From the NCBI GenBank assembly GCA_050613775.1, contig JBODTK010000142.1, positions 62,001-126,000 on the forward strand: a stretch of DNA of 64,000 bases, given 5' to 3'. Shown here in pieces: positions 42,745-61,674 of this stretch. Numbering within the stretch: position 1 is the first letter of the stretch; every line of letters starts with the position of its first letter. Under the pieces are notes generated by a model. The model did not search any database and was not told the origin of the DNA. It saw only the letters and a program-made list of their open reading frames with translations. The translations under genes were made by a program, and so were the position numbers. The stretch comes from Neocallimastix sp. 'constans'. Lineage: Eukaryota.

Positions 42745-45700
42745 TTATGAAGAGTATTTAGAAAGCTAATAAAAATAAATAAATAATTATTATTTTAAAT
42801 ATTCTATTTTATTTCATTATTCCTAATATAATTTATAAAATATATTTTTATAATTTACCTGTTCTCTTAAATGAGAAAGGAATTGTGGATATGAAAGTTC
42901 ACTGTCTAATTTATCTTCAACCATATGAGAAATAAACCAACCTCTATTGTTATCATCTTCTTTAACAACATAAACATATGGCATATTATTATAAGATATT
43001 AAACGACTCTTACGTATACATTCTATAATATTATTTATACGTGTAGCATAATCATTATTTGGAGTTGGTAAAGTAGTCTTATGATAAATAAAATAATATA
43101 AATATTCAAATTAATATATTAATTTTATTTTTTGTTTTATATTAATTATATTTTTTACTTTTCCAGACTGAATAGCTTCATATGGTTTTTGGAATAACGC
43201 ATTAACTAATTCTGGATTAGATCCACGTGATAGCCAAATAATAATATGTTGAGAATTATCGAGCAAATAAATACCATCTTGAGTCATTCTTTGCATAGAT
43301 AAGTTTATTCTTGGTGGCATATAAACTTGTGAAGTATTTGGAATAGGTAAACCAGTCTATTAATAATATACAAAAATAAAATATATATATATATATAAGA
43401 TAAAATAAAATAAAAAAAATAAAGAGTTAAATTCAACATTTTTATAAATAAATATAATTCAATATATAAACTCACATTAGCATCTAATATATGAATTGCA
43501 TATAATTTACTATAAATGTAAGCTAATGAATTTTCAATTGGTGATCCATAAAGAACAGATAAAGCAAATGAACGAATATCTGATGGAATATTACCACGAC
43601 GGAAAGCAATCTAATTTTTATTTAGAAATTTTATTATTATTAATATTTATTATTTATTATTTATTATTTATATTTATTATTATAAAATGATACAATTAAT
43701 ATATTATATAAAATTAATATTTTCTTACATTTTTTAATAAAGCTTGAACTAAAACTGGTAATAATGCAAGATTTTCAATAATTAAAAGCTGAGATGCTTG
43801 TCCTGATGAAGTAAATGCTTGCTTATAAGCACCCATAATATCTACGCAAGTACTTATAATTAAATTACGTGCATCTTCCAATTTATCTGAAATAGTTCTT
43901 TCAACAGCTTTATTTTTATTTTATATTAATACGATCAAATCACAATTGATATATAGTATTATTATGGTTATTATAATTATAATAAGTAATATTATTGTTA
44001 TATAATTATATAATAATATCATAAATAAAATTTTGAATTATTAATATTCTTAAAAAAACACTAATTATTTTCTTTTATTTACCTTTCTTTGCAGTAAGAA
44101 CAGCTATAGCTCTTGGATCAGCATTAGCAAAAACTTCGGTTAAACTGTTTGTTACTGGAATAACATTAGTGACAACACGGATACGTCTTTCTCCTACAAT
44201 TACAGAGTTTTAATTAATTTAATTTATTTATTATATACAAAAGTTAAATAAAATAATAATTAAATTCTAATAGAAATAAAAATAAATTACCATTGTTACT
44301 AGTATGTAAAATAGCAGATTGGAAACTAATAAATTGTTCACTAGTTAGGTCTTTTTCGATAGAAGCTTCTAAAGCATAGCAATTATCTGGATTTACATTT
44401 GGAAGTTGTACTAAATCAGTTGCCATAAGGAAGAAGTTACCATAGAATCCCTTAATTGATACACCCCTTGTAGATCTCATTCTTAAAACTGCTTCGAAAC
44501 CATGCTTTTTGCTTAAGAATCTATTTAATTCAGATGAGAATTTTGTTGCATCTTCTACACGACTTGCATCAAAACCTGGATAGAAGTAAACTGAACCACC
44601 AGTAAATCTTGGTAATGCAGCTATTTAAAATTAATAAATAAAATTTATTACATTTTTACAAATTAAATTATTACTATTATTGTTAGTATAATTAGTATTA
44701 TTATTATATTCATACAAATAGTTGCAACATCAGTATATTGTCCACTAAAAATAAATGCATCAACACAAATTTGTTTCTTTGAACAATCAAGAGCAAAGTC
44801 TTTATACCAATGATCAGCTGGTTGCAATAAAGTACTTTCCTAATCAAATAATTAATTATAATTATTAAATAAAATTATTTTTAATTCAATCATATAAGTT
44901 ATTATATACCAATTATTTCATTTTCTAACCTTTGAAGTATTATAAAGAGTAGGATCTTCACGCTTCTTTAAAGAATTTTTACCACAATTTGGAAGATTTG
45001 ATTGAAATACAGCAATTTTACCACCAATAGAACCCTAAAAATGTAATTACAAACATTAATACCTATATTTTAATAATTTGTAAAAATTATGATTCCATTC
45101 TACTTACTATAACCTTGTTTGCAGCTGTTAATGCAGCTGGTAAAGCACTGCTGACATTTTGTGTATTTTTATGCATATTTCCTAACTTATTTAAGAAATT
45201 TTCAATAACCGCACGGGATTCTGATAAGTTAACAAGTAAATCATCTGGAGCTGGAATAAAAATATCATCGATATCTGAAACAACAAGCATTTGTGGTTCG
45301 GTTAAACTTGACTTCATTGTTAATATTATATTCAATCATTATATTCGAACAATAATAATATTTTCTCAATATTAATATAAAAATAAACTATTTCATTTTT
45401 ATTATTTACATAATATTAAATAACAACTTACATTTAAGTTGTAGAAATGTAAAGTACTATCGTACGTAATAAAACCTATTTTAGTTCTATTATCATAATT
45501 TGGAATACTGTCTAAACTACTCAAAATTGTACGAGCTGCAGTCGCGACCATTCCTATGGATTTAAATAAAAGAAATTAAATATTTTCATTTTATTCTAAA
45601 TATTTATATTTAAATAAATATATATATAAATACTATTTTTATTTACCTGATTGAATAGATTGGAACGATACATCAATTACAAGCATCATAACAACAGGTT

Positions 45701-47525
45701 GTGGTGGTCGGTGCTTAATAATATATCATAATGAGAGATATTAATATTAAAATATTTTGTAATATATATATTATTAATAAAAATAACTATTTACAGTATA
45801 TTCTTTAGTAGCAACAAATTCTACAACTGCGCTATTTAATTCTGGTATTGTACTTCTATCAATAGCTTGTCTAGTCTTAGAATCCCAAGAATAGAACGCT
45901 GGTACTATTTTTTTTTAATAAATAAAAAATAAAAAAAATAATATTGTTTGTTAAGAAGATAAGTACATTTTAAAACATGTTTATATATGTTTATATTTAT
46001 GTAGCTAAATCGAGTATACATACAGTCATTAACAACATGACAAATGTTACATTTCCATCTAGTGCCTTGATCAACGAAGGTAACAAATGGATTAATGTAT
46101 GCTCTACAAATTTTACATCTAACAATTACTTCAGGACTAACAACTGGAACTTCAGCCTTTTTATTTAATAAATTTTCAATAAAAGTATTTTTATATAAAA
46201 AAATAAATATATATAAACTTATAACTTAATATTTAATTAAAACCATAATAATCAATTCTTACTTCATCAGGTCCAATATTTTTATATGGAGAAAGAACTA
46301 AACCAAATGGAATTTTTGATTTTTGTAATAAAGCATTATTTTGTGGTACAGCATTCAAAGTTGAACAGCAATAACCATATGGTGGATTCTTTTTTTCTGA
46401 TTGCATGCAGAACTATTTTAATTAATTTTACAATAAAATAATATATTATATTTATTAGTATTTTTTATCAAAATTTATAAAATAATTAAATAAAAAAATA
46501 TTAAAAAATATTAAAAAATATATTAACTTGTGCTGGGATTACTGGTTCTGGGCAATTATCAATAGTTTGAACATTTGGTGGAGCATTAAATAATGAAACT
46601 GAAGTAACATTCTTTTGGGAATTTAAATTCATATTTGAAAAACTATTACTTAATGAATTCATTGGACTTTGAAAACCTGGTACTGGAGATTGAAGATCTC
46701 TTTGCATCATATTTTGTTGACCCATATTTCCTGGAACAAAAAATTGTGGTTGTTGTGGCGTTTGCATTCCTTGATTCATATTTGGAAGAGACTCTGGACC
46801 ATTACTATAGGCTTTACCCATTTGTTCAGGATACTTTTGTCTGTGACGACCAGTTATTGGTGAAGCATTACCAATATTTGGACTCTGAGGCATTTGCTTA
46901 TCAGTTGGTGGTGGGGGAAATCCTGGACTTGGAGAACGTGAAGATAATTGTGGTGAAAACTGACCGCTAGTCATTTGATATGGTGGTCTAGACATTTGTG
47001 GTGTACCACTTCTACTAAATGATTGTTGTTGAGCTTGCATTGGATTATTTTGTGGTCTGAATAATTGATTTTGTAAAGGTTGTGGTTGTTGCATTTGTCC
47101 CAAAGGAGGTTGTGTACCCATTGGTTGTGGAGTCATTGGGGGTTGTGAAGTCATTGGTTGTGGAGTCATTGGTTGTGGAGGTGTTGACATTGATCTCTGT
47201 TGATTTGGAATTGGAGATTGGAAATTTGGTGGTCGATTTTGCATAAATTGTTGTTGTTGACCTTGTATAGGTGTACCTTTAAATATAACAATTCAATTAT
47301 ACAATATTAAAATATTTTCAAATTATAAGTATTTTTTCCTTAAATTTATTCATATATATATTATAATTATTTTAATTATTAATTTTAAATAATTAAAGTT
47401 TTGTATTTACTTTGCATTCTTTGAGGTTGAGGGACTTGATTTCCATATGGCATGCCCTGTTGATATGGTGAATTTTGGCCATTAGCCATCATTGGGGGCC
47501 GGAATTGTTGATTTTGATTATTCAT
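42745..47525 (-). CDS. SEC24: COPII coat subunit Sec24, multi-exon
   Basis: Q/P-rich N-terminus, STLNAVPQ, Zn finger [12 protein letters not shown]...KCNICH, trunk [13 protein letters not shown] and [35 protein letters not shown] and gelsolin-like DGIYLLD. Confidence 0.96.
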
Positions 47526-48649
47526 TTATTATATCTACAAAGATTTCATTTATTTATTAATAAAATTATTTTCAAAATAATAAAAATGAGTAAAATAAAT
47601 TTATTAATAAATTTAATATGTTTTATTGGATATTATTTATATTTTATATTATTAATAAAGAAATAAATATCAATTTATTTATTTGTTTATTAATTAATTA
47701 ATTATTTAATTTGTTTATAAATTATTCAAAAAAAATGCTAAAAATATTCAATTATCGATATTTGAAATTTATTTAGTATATATAGGTTTCAAAATTTTAA
47801 ATAGTACTACATTAATCAATATGATATAGATTATAAAAACAGCAATAAAACATTTTCATTTTCTTATATATGTATTAAAATCATCCTATTATTTAAATTA
47901 TAATCATTCTTATATCCATTTAAGGTTGTTATCCAATAAATTATTATAAAACTTTTAATATAAAAATTTTAAAATTTTATTTATAATAATTTATATTTAA
48001 CATTTCCATAATTTATTTATTTCTGTTTATTTGTTTTATCTTTATTTCTTTTCTTTCTTTTCTTTATTTACTTATTTTATTTATTTGTTTATTTTTAAAT
48101 ATTAGGCTATTTTATTTATTGTTTGATTTTTCTTTATTTTTGTATATTTATTGATTGTTTATTTTATCTCTTAAATTATAAATAAAAAATGTTAAAATTC
48201 TTTTATTTATAAACCTTACAATTTTTAAAATCAAATTTCTTCTATAAGAATTAATTAAAAGTAAGTTTCTTACTATTACTTTGTTTTTATTAATTTAGTA
48301 TAAAAAAATTCAATTCTAAAACTTACTTTTGAATATAAAATTTATTTTAAGTGAAAAAAAATTATAATTATGTATAAAACTATAATATTTATATTTAATT
48401 ATTATTTACTGATTTATCTACTTATTTATTTAATTAATAACTAGTTTATTTATTTGTTTTATATATTTAATTAAAATTTTATTATCTTTTTTTCTTTCAT
48501 TATACATTACAAAATGTTTACATTATTTCAATAAATTGATCCATAAAACCCAATGATTTATTCACACGATACATTAATTATTAAATTTTTTTCTCTATTT
48601 TATCTTTAAAATATCTTTTGTATTTTTGTACCTTTCATTTTTACATTTT

Positions 48650-49205
48650 ATTTTTTATTTTTTATTTTTTATTTTATATTTTATTTTTTATATTTTATAT
48701 TTTATATTTTATATTTTATATTTTATATCTTATATTTTATATTTTATATTTTATATTTTATATTTTATATTTTATATTTTATATTTTATATTTTATATTT
48801 TATATTTTATATTTTATATTTTATATTTTATATTTTATATTTTATATTTTATATTTTATATTTTATATTTTATATTTTATATTTTATATTTTATATTTTA
48901 TATTTTATATTTTATATTTTATATTTTATATTTTATATTTAATATTTTATATTTTATATTTTATATTTTATATTTTATATTTTATATTTTATATTTTATA
49001 TTTTATATTTTATATTTTATATTTTATATTTTATATTTTATATTTTATATTTTATATTTTATATTTTATATTTTATATTTTATATTTTATATTTTATATT
49101 TTATATTTTATATTTTATATTTTATATTTTATATTTTATATACTTTATATTTTATAGTTTAATTTTTATATTTTAATATTTTATATTTTAAAATTTTATA
49201 TTTTA
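48650..49205. repeat. (TTTTATA)n heptamer tandem array
   Basis: Near-perfect 7-bp periodicity over ~500 bp with degenerate edges. It produces the spurious YILYFIF ORFs. Confidence 0.95.
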
Positions 49206-49589
49206 TAATATTTTTTAGTTTACTTAATTATGTACTTAATTATGTTTATTAACATTGATCATAAACTTTTTTATAAATATTATATTATATCTGTTCATAA
49301 TGTTATTCAATGTGATACAATAGCACAAAATCTTCTGTCAAATTTATTGTTATATTTTCTTTAAAAGAATAACCAAAAGCAATGTAGTGATATTAAATCA
49401 GACAAATTTTTAAAATTTCGTGTAAACTTAAAATATTTAATAATTTTTTTAATTAAATTATTTATTTATATTATATATATATAATATAATATAATTATAT
49501 AAAAAATTAATTGGCTAAAATAAATATATTCATTTTAAAGATAATATTCTTTCTTTTTAAAATATCAACCAATTAAAAAGCTATTTATA

Positions 49590-49632
<43 letters not shown>

Positions 49633-49693
49633 TTATTTTAAAATATCAATTTTAAATTTTAAAATTTTAGGAAATAAATTTTCATAATATAAA

Positions 49694-51650
49694 ATGGGTA
49701 AAATAAAGAAATCGTCTCTTGGAAAACAAAGACATGATCCTTTGCATGTTCAAATTTCAAAAGATAAAAATGTTGCATATAATGTTAAAAATAGAAGAGA
49801 GAAAAAGGCTCATAAAAAAGAAGCAGAAGAGGTTTATATATATATATTACTAAATATATAAATAATGTATTTTAACAAAATTTTTTCATTATTTATCTTT
49901 AATAAAAATATCTAACCAAAAGAAACAATTTATTGATCCAAAAACATCTAAACGTATATTATCTTTAGTTCGTGAACAACAAGAAGAAATTGCAAATGAA
50001 GAAAATAATATTAAATTGTATGTAATATTTTATTTTTATTGAAATTATTATTATTGACGTTTTGACAAAAACATTATTTTAAAAATTATATCAATTTTTT
50101 GTAATATATAAATAAATTTAAAGTGTAAAAAATGAAAAATTACCAACAAATTGGGATGATAGTGATAATGAAGAACCAATGAGTGATGATGAAATATTAG
50201 AAGGTGAATATGAAGATTATACTGCAGATATTGTAAGTATAAATACTTAAATATATTTCTTATAGAAATTTAGAAATTTTAATTCAAATATTAAATAATT
50301 TAATGCATGAAAATATCTCTCTAGGAATTAGATGAAAAAGATAAACTCATTATGGAACAATTTATGAGTTCTGAACCAAAGAAACAACAAACTTTAGCTG
50401 ATATAATTATGAGTAAGATTAATTCAAATGGTGAAAAAAATGAAAATCCTGAAGAAATCGTTCCTGAAGGAATGGATCCAAAAGTTGTTGAAGTTTATTC
50501 AAAGTAATATCATATTTAAAAAAAAGAAAAAATAAATATATATTATTAATTATTTTTTTTCCACAATAAGAAATATATAAATATAATACATTTAACATTT
50601 TCAAAATATTTACATAGTGTTGAAATAATATATATTAATAAATTTTTTTTATGTATTTATTATATGAATAAAATAGAATTGCTTTATTAATGAGTAGATA
50701 TAAATCAGGTAGTTTACCAAAAGTATTTAAAATTATACCTTCTTTCCAAAATTGGGAAGAAGTTTTATATATTACACATCCAGAAAATTGGACACCAAAT
50801 GCTGTTTACCAAGCTACTAGAATTTTTGCTTCTAATCTTAAAACTGATCTTGCACAAAGGCAACTATTAATAATAATAGAAATAAAAATAAAATATTAAT
50901 AATAGCTGAATAGATTTTTTAGGAAATTATTATAATACACTAATTTTTTTTATTATAATTATTCTTAAATTAAAAGATTTTACAATTTAGTTCTTCTTGA
51001 TAGAGTTCGTGATGAAATTCAACATACCAAAAAATTAAATTATCATCTTTATATGGCTTTAAAGAAAGCACTTTATAAACCAGGTGCTTTCTTCAAAGGT
51101 ATTTTATTACCACTCTGTGAATCAGGAACCTGTACATTAAGGGAAGCTGCTATTATTGGTAGTGTTATAACTAAAGTTAGTATACCAATCTTACATTCAA
51201 GTGCTGCATTAATGAAGCTTGCAGATATGGATTATACTGGTAAATATTTTAATATAATATAAAACAATTATAGATTTTATGATATTAATTAAATTCAATT
51301 TTATTATTATCATTTTTTAATTATATTAATTAATAGGTCCGAATAGTTTATTTATTCGTATTCTTTTGGATAAGAAATACGCACTTCCGTTTAAAGTAAT
51401 TGATGCTGTAGTATTCCATTTCTTACGTTTTAAAAGAGATCCAAGAGAAATGCCAGTTTTGTGGCATCAATCATTGTTAGTATTTGCTCAACGTTATAAG
51501 GAAGATATAACACCAGAACAAAGAGAATCATTATTAGATTTAATGAAATATAAATATCATGAACAGATAACACCAGAGATTCGACGTGAATTATCTAATG
51601 TTCAAACTAGAGATGAAATGATGGTTGAGGACTCATTTATGGACTTTTGA
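49694..51650 (+). CDS. ENP1: Bystin / Enp1 (40S ribosome biogenesis), multi-exon
   Basis: [108 protein letters not shown]. Confidence 0.96.
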
Positions 51651-52540
51651 TTTACTTTAGATTTATTTAAACTCACTTTAATTTATTTATTTTAATAATG
51701 TACTCTTTATCTTTTAAAAAGAATAAAAGTTTAAAAAAAAAAAAAAATTAAGACAAGAACATAGAGAATATAGAAAATAAATTTTCTTTAAATAATGGAT
51801 AGATATATATATTACTTTAGTTATTCTCAAAAAAAAAAAAAAAAAATAAAAAAAGTATTTATATGTATAGATTTTTCATTTTATACACGTAACATATAGA
51901 ATTACTCTATAAGTAGATATTTATTTAAAATTGAAACAAAATAGAATCATTTTAAATTTTAATTTTTTTTTTTTTTTTTTTTTTTAATAGAATAAAATTA
52001 TAATGATAATGATAAAAATAATAAAATAATAATAAAATTTACATTTTGTTTTATATATAAAAATTTAATCATTTCTAATAAATTAAAAGTGATAATAAAA
52101 AATCTTTTTTTTTTTGGAAATAAAATAGTATTAGTTTTATGAATTTTAATATTTATTTTATTTTATTTTTATGTTCTTTATATTATATTTTATTTTGAAA
52201 TTTTATTTTTTTTTATATTATATTTTACTTTATATTATATTATTCTATTTTATTTTTATTTTTATTTTTATTTTATTATTATTATTTTTTTTTTTTTTAT
52301 TTATTTTTTTATTTTATTTTTTTTTTTTTATTTATTTTTATTTATATATTTATTTATTCTTAATGATATAATTGCTGAATTAATAACTATTACTTTTATT
52401 ATTATTGTTTTATTCATTATTACATGTTATTGTTCTATTCACTACTACATGTAATAATTATTTTTGTTATTATTGTTTCATTTATTATTACATATAATAA
52501 TTATTACTTTTATTATTATTGCTCTATTTATTATTACAAT

Positions 52541-57016
<4,476 letters not shown>

Positions 57017-57478
57017 CTTTAATATATTATTTTCAAATAGTACTTATTAAATATGAAAATAAGATTTTTGTTTATTTTAATATTAAAAAGGTATCGGAGT
57101 ATAATACAAAATATTATGGATAAAAAAATATCACTTTTTTACTATTTTATATATTTTATATTATTCTTTATTTTTTATTATTCTCTCTCTTTGATATTAA
57201 TATTTATTACTATTATTATCGTTGTTATTACTATAGATTCACCTTCTTATCACTTTAATAAAACTATAAATTTATTTAGATATATTCAAAATAAAAAAAT
57301 ATATATATATGAAAATGTAAAAATTTATTGTATATTTATTATATATGTCAATATATAATAATATATGTTAAATAATTTAAACTTAATATACTATTAATAT
57401 ATTTTTACCAAAATAGAAAAAAAATTGAAAATTATTAAAACTAATTATAATAGTAATAATAATTTTCTTTGAATAAAA

Positions 57479-57517
<39 letters not shown>

Positions 57518-57930
57518 ATATTTAATTATATAAAATACATAATTATTAATAAGTACATTTATTCATTAAAATTAACATAACATCAATGAAACTTTTATAA
57601 AATATATAATATAATATATATATAAATTAAATTTTATAATTAATATATTAAAAGATTGACTTTTTTGTATTTATTACTTTTTTTCTTTTTTTATCCTTAA
57701 AATATTATAAAAAATTAAACTTTTAAAAAATAAAAATTTAAATACTATTAATAGTAAAAGTAATAAATATATGTTTTTTGCTATTTAAACAAATTGTTTC
57801 CTTTTATAATATATATCTCATATTTCTATTAATATTTTTTAAAAAAAATAATTTCAAATATTTATGATTATGCTATTAAAATAAAGAATTATTATTAATG
57901 GGTATATTATTTGAAATGTTATGTCTTCAA

Positions 57931-58604
57931 TTATGCATTTTCTTTTAATGTAAAATATGTTTGTACATCTCTGTCCAAAATTTGTAAAGAGGTTATTAAT
58001 GAATCGATTTTTCTTGATTTTTCTTTGCTTTGCTGTAATAATAAATTAAATAGTTAAAATTTGAACATATAATACGTATTTATAAAAATAACAAACATAT
58101 ATTTAAACATAGAATACATTAATAAAATTAATACACATTTAATTAGAGAATATATTAAAAAAAATAATAATAAATACATATTTAAAAATAGATTAAATTT
58201 TATGATACCTCTAATAATTTATTTCTCGTTTCTGTCAATTCTTCAATTGAAATTTTTGAATCTTCATCCTTTTTATTTGTACCATATTTTGAATAAATTT
58301 AATATTTATTTAAATTATATATATATTAATAAATATAATAAATTATACATACTTTATTATTTATTTCCTCCATATTAACTAATAATTCTTTTATATTTGA
58401 AATTAAATTATTAATATCTTTCAGTGAATTACGAATTTGAGTTATACATTCTTTTTTTTCTTTTTCATCTTCAAAATTCTTCCATTCAGATTTTAAATTT
58501 ATAAATTCTTCAATAAATGATTGTATTTTATTTCCCAATTGACTAGTTAAGGTTTGAGTTTCATATGATAATATTTGTAAATTTATTATATTATTATCAT
58601 TCAT
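57931..58604 (-). CDS. Small helical protein (~137 aa, 3 exons), probable Mediator subunit MED30-like
   Basis: Exons 58604-58353, ~58269-58210 and ~58032-57931 splice in phase 0. The C-terminus IEELTETRNKLLEQSKEKSRKIDSLITSLQILDRDVQTY resembles the MED30 terminal helix pattern (K...LIDxLRxLIxDIxT/A). The gene model is solid but the family call is tentative. Confidence 0.5.
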
Positions 58605-60092
58605 CTTTTTTAGTAATAATTAAAAAAATTATTAATAATATATGCAATTATTAATTTTTTCCTATTATTAATTATAAAAATGCTTATTTAACACTAAAAC
58701 AGATAAAATAAAAACTATATTTACAAATAAAAATAGTTATAAATGTTATATATATATATTAAAAAATTTTTTTAATTATTTAAAAAAAAAAAAAATATTA
58801 ATACTTGTATTGAATATATTTTTATTTATAATACTAATGTTATTATTATTAATATATATGATCAATAAAATTAAATATTTATTATTGTTATATTAATATT
58901 ATAAACATAAAATATGCTCAATATATTATTATTGTACTTTTTCAAAAATTAAGTTATTTTTCAACTTTAATAATTTATCGAATTAAATGCTATATTGAAT
59001 ATTTTTTATACAATAATTTATATGTTATAATTATGAATTGAATTCATATTATATATATTCTTTTTTATTTGAATACTAATCTGATACCTAAAAAAATAAT
59101 TTATTTGTTTAATGTTAAAATATTCTTTTTTAATTTTTATAACAAAAATATTATTATAAAAACCTATATTATACCATAAACTAGAAATTTTAAATTAATA
59201 AACCATATTATTTAACTGCTCTATCAAAAACTTTTATTTAAATATTTTTAAAATTTTATATAAAATTGTAATTAATGTATTAATAAAAATTTTAAATGAA
59301 TATATTTTTATTCCTCGATTAATAACTTCTATTATAATTTTTAGTTTTAAAAATTCTTAATTTCTATATATATTAATATTTTAGTTTTAAACTTTGGCTC
59401 TTAGTATCCTTTCTTTGCTTTCAAAAAAAAATTATTAATTGATTTTTTTAAACTAAAAATTGAAAAACACAATTGAATAAATAACAATCAAAAATAAATC
59501 AAATACTTGTTTAACTTCAATATTATTGATTAATAAATGTTACAATCACTGTTTAATATGTATTGAATATAAAAAAAATAAAAATTTATAATATAATCAA
59601 ATTGAAAATTGAAAATTGTAATTAAAAAAAAAAACAGGGATATAAGAATTCATTCAAAAATTAAATAATATTATTATAATTCCTTTTATTATTGATACTG
59701 TATAACTACAAGTATTATAAAATAGTATGTATACTATTTTTAGTATAATAAATAATATAATAATTATAATCTTTTTTAAAAATATTCCTCTAAAAATTTT
59801 AAAATACATTATAAAATTTTTATGAATGTTGCTGAATTTATATAGTCCTTTTTTTTCTTAATTTTTTTTTCTAATATTTATATTTTTAGCAAATTTAAAA
59901 AAAAAAAATTTATAAAAAAAACCAGCAATATTATTAAAAATTTGTATAAGATTGAATTGTTCTATGGTTCTAACTAATTATAATATTTTTTATAAGCTAT
60001 ATCAAAATTATTAATTTTTAAAAAGGTAATATTTATTTAATATTATTAATAATATTTTAAAGTCTAAAATATTTTTTTTTTATTTTCTTTAT

Positions 60093-60985
60093 TAGTAGAA
60101 ATATGAATATAAAGTACAAATTGAATAAAATAAAATAAAATAAATAGTAGAAATATGAATATAAAGTACAGATTGAATAAAATAAAATAAAATAAATAGT
60201 AGAAATATGAATATAAATTACAGATTGAATAAAATAAAATAAAATAAAATAAAATAAAATAAAATAAATAGTAGAATATAAATATAAGTACAGATTGAAT
60301 AAAATAAAATAAATAATAAATAGTAGAATATAAATATATAATACAGATTGAATAAAATAAAATAAAATAAAATAAAATAAAATAAAATAAAATAAAATAA
60401 AATAAAATAAAATAAAATAAAATAAAATAAAAAATAAATAGTTGAAATATAAATATGAAGTACAGATTGAATAAAATAAAATAAATAGTAGAATATAAAT
60501 ATATAATACAGATTGAATAAAATAAAATAAAATAAAATAAAAAATAAATAGTTGAAATATAAATATGAAGTACAGATTGAATAAAATAAAATAAAATAAA
60601 ATAAAATAAAATAAAATAAAATAAAATAAAATAAAATAAAATAAAATAAAATAAAATAAAAAATAAATAGTTGAAATATAAATATGAAGTACAGATTGAA
60701 TAAAATAAAATAAAATAAAATAAAATAAAATAAAATAAAATAAAATAAAATAAAATAAAATAAAATAAAATAAAATAAAATAAAATAAAATAAAATAAAA
60801 TAAAATAAAATAAAATAAAATAAAATAAAATAAAATAAAATAAAATAAAATAAAATAAAATAAAATAAAATAAAATAAAATAAAAAAAATGAAATGAAAT
60901 GAAATGAAATGAAATAAAATTATAGGTAAAATATGAAGTACAGATTGGATAAAATAAAATAAAATAAAATAAAATTAAATAAAAT
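60093..60985. repeat. Second copy of the composite satellite, in opposite orientation
   Basis: (TAAAA)n with ~10 units of TAGTAGAAATATGAATATAAAGTACAGATTG, the reverse complement of the 22107-24690 unit. Confidence 0.95.
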
Positions 60986-61239
60986 ACGAAATTAAAAGAA
61001 AAATGGAAAAGTTTTAAAATGAAAATGAATAGATGGAATGTATATTTAATATAATTTTTTATATTTTAGATTATTTTTATTATTATTAAATCATAATATA
61101 CATTATTGATATTAATATTTTTGAAAAATTATTTAATTAAAATTGGTTAAATAAAATAAGTATAAAAACATAATATTTATATTCATTTTAAAAACCGCAG
61201 TAAAACTTTATTATCTTTATTTTGAATGTTATTTATTAT

Positions 61240-61274
<35 letters not shown>

Positions 61275-61674
61275 ATAAAAAATTTTAAATTATTTAAAAG
61301 TTATTAAGTTTTTTTAAACTATGAATTTTATTATTTATATAAATTTTAGAGTTTATAAAAAATTTCAAAAAATTACCAAAAAAACAGGAACAAAAACAAA
61401 AACAAATAAAACTAAAATTTTTAATTTTATAAATTTAAATTTATTATTTATAAATTCGAAGAAAATAATGAAAATAATAATGAAAATAATAATGAAATAC
61501 ACAACAAATATAAAAAGGGGAAAAAAACGCACTTTTTTTAAAAAAAAAATTAATAAATTATTTTTTTTTTTATATTTCAAATTGTGAGAATAGTAATATT
61601 AAAAGAAGGTTAATAAAAATATATTTCTTAAAAGGTATTTAAAATTAAAGAGTTATAAAGAGTTATATTAGAAA

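Noticed and set aside
48618..49162. Hydrophobic repeat ORFs (also 21978-22546, 52171-52371, 61321-61587)
   Set aside because: They are artefacts of A/T tandem repeats or low-complexity DNA.
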